A stretch of DNA of 64,000 nucleotides from Azolla caroliniana (taxonomy: Eukaryota; Plantae; Polypodiophyta), in contig JBHGNT010000018.1 of the NCBI GenBank assembly GCA_043228905.1, positions 6,882,001 through 6,946,000 of the forward strand. Direction: 5' to 3'. The translations under genes and the position numbers were made by a program. The notes beneath the pieces are model-generated. The model was not told the origin of the DNA and searched no databases. It was given only the letters and a program-made list of their open reading frames with translations. Position 1 is the first letter of the stretch; each line of letters begins with the position of its first letter. This document shows, piece after piece, positions 59,950-64,000 of this stretch.

Positions 59950-62142
59950 GACAGTCTTCATAGACTGCAAGCCGAAAACAATTTGTTTCGTTTATATCTC
60001 TTGAAGCTACAGGAAATTGATGTTGTCAATCTACTTGTGCCACATGTCGATGTCTGATTCGATGTTCTATCCTTTTGTGAACATTGCAATGCCAACATTA
60101 TTAGTTTCGAGAATGAACTTTCTCTCGTCTTGCCCTCGCACAATGATTCAGCCTTCCCCTTCAATGAAGCAGCCATGGTGAGTGAACCACACCCTCATGC
60201 CCTGGTCGAAAATGTCCGACCGACACCAAATTTTTGGTGATCGTCGGCACATGAAGGACATTCCTCATTATTCCTCTCTAGAGGATGTTGCTCAAAGGGA
60301 CATCTCTAATGTGTTCGATGGAGTGAAAGGTGGCGTCGTCGATCTCGATGACTCCCAGCTGGTCTGGCTTCTCAAGAGTTGAGAACCATTCCTTATGGTT
60401 CGTCATGTGGCTTGACATGCCAGAGTCAACATACCACACCTCATTCGGCTTCGAGGTGCTCACATCCATCCGATTGGCCTTGTGCTTCATTACGATTGTA
60501 GGTCATGCTTTAGCCTACCCTAAGCCTTCAACGTAGTGCGTCTTTGTCATTTCTCAAAGTCGTCTCTACTTGATTCAATTTTATCCGAATCAGCCTTCTT
60601 CTTCCACCACTCACTCTCTTTGTGACCTTTCCTTCCGCAATAACCAATAGTCAATGGTTTTTTCTTTCCGTCTTCCGGAACCACCCTGACTCCCCGTGCT
60701 TGTGGATGGTCCATTACTATTGTCGGCACCTCTATTGTGCCTCTCGTTCTATTCATATCAGCCACCATTTGTGTGCGTTCATCCACCTCATCCTCCACGA
60801 CCATGGAGCCTATCCACCTCCACACTCACTCTCTTTGTGACCTTTCCTTCCGCAATAACCAATAGTCAATGGTTTTTTCTTTCCGTCTTCCGGAACCACC
60901 CTGACTCCCCGTGCTTGTGGATGGTCCATTACTATTGTCGGCACCTCTATTGTGCCTCTCGTTCTATTCATATCAGCCACCATTTGTGTGCGTTCATCCA
61001 CCTCATCCTCCACGACCATGGAGCCTATCCACCTCCACACTCACTCTCTTTGTGACCTTTCCTTCCGCAATAACCAATAGTCAATGGTTTTTTCTTTCCG
61101 TCTTCCGGAACCACCCTGACTCCCCGTGCTTGTGGATGGTCCATTACTATTGTCGGCACCTCTATTGTGCCTCTCGTTCTATTCATATCAGCCACCATTT
61201 GTGTGCGTTCATCCACCTCATCCTCCACGACCATGGAGCCTATCCACCTCCACACTCACTCTCTTTGTGACCTTTCCTTCCGCAATAACCAATAGTCAAT
61301 GGTTTTTTCTTTCCGTCTTCCGGAACCACCCTGACTCCCCGTGCTTGTGGATGGTCCATTACTATTGTCGGCACCTCTATTGTGCCTCTCGTTCTATTCA
61401 TATCAGCCACCATTTGTGTGCGTTCATCCACCTCATCCTCCACGACCATGGAGCCTATCCACCTCCATGTATAGCATCTTGTTATTGGCGTCTGTGCTCA
61501 TCAACAGACTAATGTGGTTCTCATCTACAAGGAGCATCAACTACGATTCGAAAAACGACAACTTCTCTCTCATGCAGATTGTCTTTCAGAATGATCCAAA
61601 CCTTTACATCAATCCTCCGAGACATACCTGCACCGTCTTGTCCTCATCAACCATCACATTGATGGACCCTAATGAGTATTTGATTTCCTTGATCTTGGAG
61701 GTATACTCAGCTACCACCAACATGTCTCTTTGTTGAATGTTGTTCCGCTCCTTTCTGAGCTGTAACTTCTTGGCCATCGTGCTTGTAGCGAAGATTTTTT
61801 TCAGGTTCTCCCAAGCTTTCTTTGGCATTTTGGCATCCTAGATGTAGCCAAGCATTTGATCACTCACACAGGATGCAAAATAGTACATGATTGTGCTTGA
61901 TGGTCGTTTCCAAGCCGGGAAATTCCTATGTGTCGGCTCCGGTGTTGCATCGTTTGCTCCTTCAACATTTCTCCAATACCTGTGTCCTAGTAGGTATTGG
62001 TGCATATTGTATGCCCAAGTTGCATAGTCACTCTCGGTGAGCTTTTCTGTTGGTAGGGAGCTACCCATACCTCTATCCAGGTTCCTATCAATTTCTATTT
62101 GGAAGTCAAAGCTTGTCTGTGTCGAAATGCTTTGTTGGTTGC
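59950..62142 (-). mobile_element. Decayed Ty1/copia 5' half (gag, zinc knuckle, protease, GAG-pre-integrase)
   Basis: MGSSLPTEKLTESDYATWAYNMHQYLLGH, AWENLKKIF, YCGRKGHKESEW, WYVDSGMSSHMT; similar to the gag at 35679. Confidence 0.85.
60608..61467. repeat. Four apparently identical tandem copies of a 215-bp gag segment
   Basis: Units start at 60608, 60823, 61038 and 61253; the ORF track repeats with a 215-bp offset. Confidence 0.95.
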
Positions 62143-62183
62143 TGTAAAGAATCGGATGGATTTTCTGTGCAGCGGAAAAACTC

Positions 62184-62234
<51 letters not shown>

Positions 62235-64000
62235 CACGATTATAGAAAATTAGAAAACTGTATTGCAAAGGAAGCAAGAATAACCAACAATTACTAAGAG
62301 AGGGAGACGGTGCTTACGTAGTCACCGTCTCTCTAAGTTCTTTCTCTAGTACCGGCTCTTGGGAAAGAGGTCGTGTCTTAACTACTTAAAGAATATGTGT
62401 CATAGGACATTAACTTCTATGACACACTAGTAACTATACAAGGAGGTGGGGTGTTCACACACTTGAGTATCCTAGAGTGTGTTCCCACTCACGGGAAGTT
62501 GATTTTGATTCTCAACACGCCCCTTCAAACACAACTTCCGGTCGTCGGATCGTCGAATGGTTGGTTCGGGTTGGTCTTCGGGGGTATAATCCTACTACTC
62601 CTTACTCCCCCTCAAGCTCAGCTGGTCGATGGTCGAAAGACCCAGGTTGATCGTGAACTGTCGCAGCTTGGTGAAGATGTTGGTCATCTGTGGGTTTGTG
62701 CTAATGTGTTTCAGGTCGACATCCCCAGTCAGAACACACTCTCGGTTGAAGTGATAGTGCACTTCAATGTTCTTACTCTGAGCATGGAAGACTGGGTTCC
62801 AAGTGAGGTAGACACTGCCCATATTGTCATAGTAGATGAGAATTGGATCCTTGATAGGAATGCCTAGATCCTTCAAGACTCTCTTGAGATTTTCCAACGA
62901 CATTTTAAGAACATGTGATGCTGGTATCATTACGTTTTGTGAATAGAGTATCTAAACCCCAAATTTTGAGGGAATATTCCTTATCCTTCCATTTTTGTGC
63001 GATCCTTCCACTTCTGAACGCGAACATGTTTTGTGCCAAACAACTTCACATGTGGCTACGGCTGTGCCCGTGTATTCGGCTTCGGTGCTCAACAATGGGA
63101 CGGATGGTTGTTTCTTACTACTCCACGATATGGCACAACTGCTGAGAGAATAAACAAATCCGGATGTCGATCATCGGTTGGCTCTATAGCTTGCCTAGTC
63201 GGCATCGGTATAACCTTTGAGTCGTATCGGTGTGGCCGATTTGTAAAGGATGCCGAAATCCATGGTTCCACTCACATACCTTAGCACTCGCTTAGCACAG
63301 TCGAGATGGATGTCTCGCGGAATTTGCAAGAATTGGATGAGGCCGACCGGGTAACTCAGGTCAGTCAGGTAACACTGTGAGGTAGATGGGGCTTCCGACG
63401 AGTTGACGATAGTCCGTCGGCTCACACTCTCTAGTGCCTAAGTCGACATCTAGCTTTAGATTTCAATAGAGAAGTGTAGTGACGAGCTTACACTATGTCA
63501 TCCCAAACTTGTAAAGAAGATTGAGGATATAGTGCTTTTCAGAGAGCATGATGCCGTTAGGAGTCTGAATTACTTCTATTCCTAGAAAGTAATGGAGCTC
63601 CTTCATATCGGTTATTTCGAATCGGCTGGAGAGGAGCTTCTTGATGTGCTCAATATCCGCTAAAAGCTCCCCTCCAATGACCAAGTCATCCACATAAATG
63701 ATGATAAATACCTATCCTCTGGAGTCGCTCCGGATGAACATAGAGTTGTTGGACTTAGACATGTTGAAGTCGATTTGATGAAGATATTGTGTTATCTTCG
63801 AATCATGTTCTTGGTGCCTGCTTGAGGCCATAGAGAGGCGTTTTGAGTCGGCAGACATAAGTCAAATGCATAGTTGACACGAATCTTGGGTGGTTGCACC
63901 ATGTGCACCTCTTCGTCTAACTCGCCTTGTAGAAATCCATTCTTTACATCCATTTGGTGGAGATGCCACCCTTTTGCTACTGCAAGCGCAATCACGGTTC
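62143..64000 (-). mobile_element. 3' part of another Ty1/copia (RT, RNase H, 3' LTR 62143-62517) inserted in the leader of the previous element
   Basis: [41 protein letters not shown]; purine tract followed by TGTTGAGAATC...CTTTACA on the minus strand. Confidence 0.85.

Noticed and set aside
60696-61736. Repeated 119-aa and 76-aa ORFs
   Set aside because: They are by-products of the 215-bp tandem repeat in antisense or shifted frames of gag.
62890-63040. About 150 bp of foreign sequence within copia RNase H
   Set aside because: No TIR, TSD or recognisable homology; probably repair filler.

Overview
Eukaryotic, transposon-saturated DNA, most likely from a non-seed land plant such as a moss (inferred from the element types). 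No intact host gene was found. The window is a nest of LTR retrotransposons: several decayed Ty1/copia elements with iMet primer sites, decayed non-chromovirus Ty3/gypsy elements with TGTCG...CGACA LTRs and a tRNA-Trp primer site, a decayed gypsy with an inverted copy of its 5' region, and one very young Tcn1-like chromovirus (5117-10888). It also holds a 5'-truncated L1-type LINE and an 8.3 kb CCC-terminated TIR element carrying an intronless RPS12 pseudogene. Two signals are not explained by the ordinary annotation. (1) Nine tRNA-like Pol III A-box/B-box modules lie inside gypsy LTRs of about five different sequence types, including the chromovirus. Seven have exact tRNA spacing, and eight lie in U3 antisense to the LTR promoter. 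(2) The TGTCG...CGACA gypsy group makes 4-bp target duplications centred on CpG (6 of 7 readable junctions are NCGN; the seventh is NTGN). The young chromovirus also shows a self-priming PBS, a G-UUA-AAC -1 frameshift site followed by a stem-loop, and one TGA just before the protease. All coordinates were read by eye; boundaries of decayed elements are approximate.
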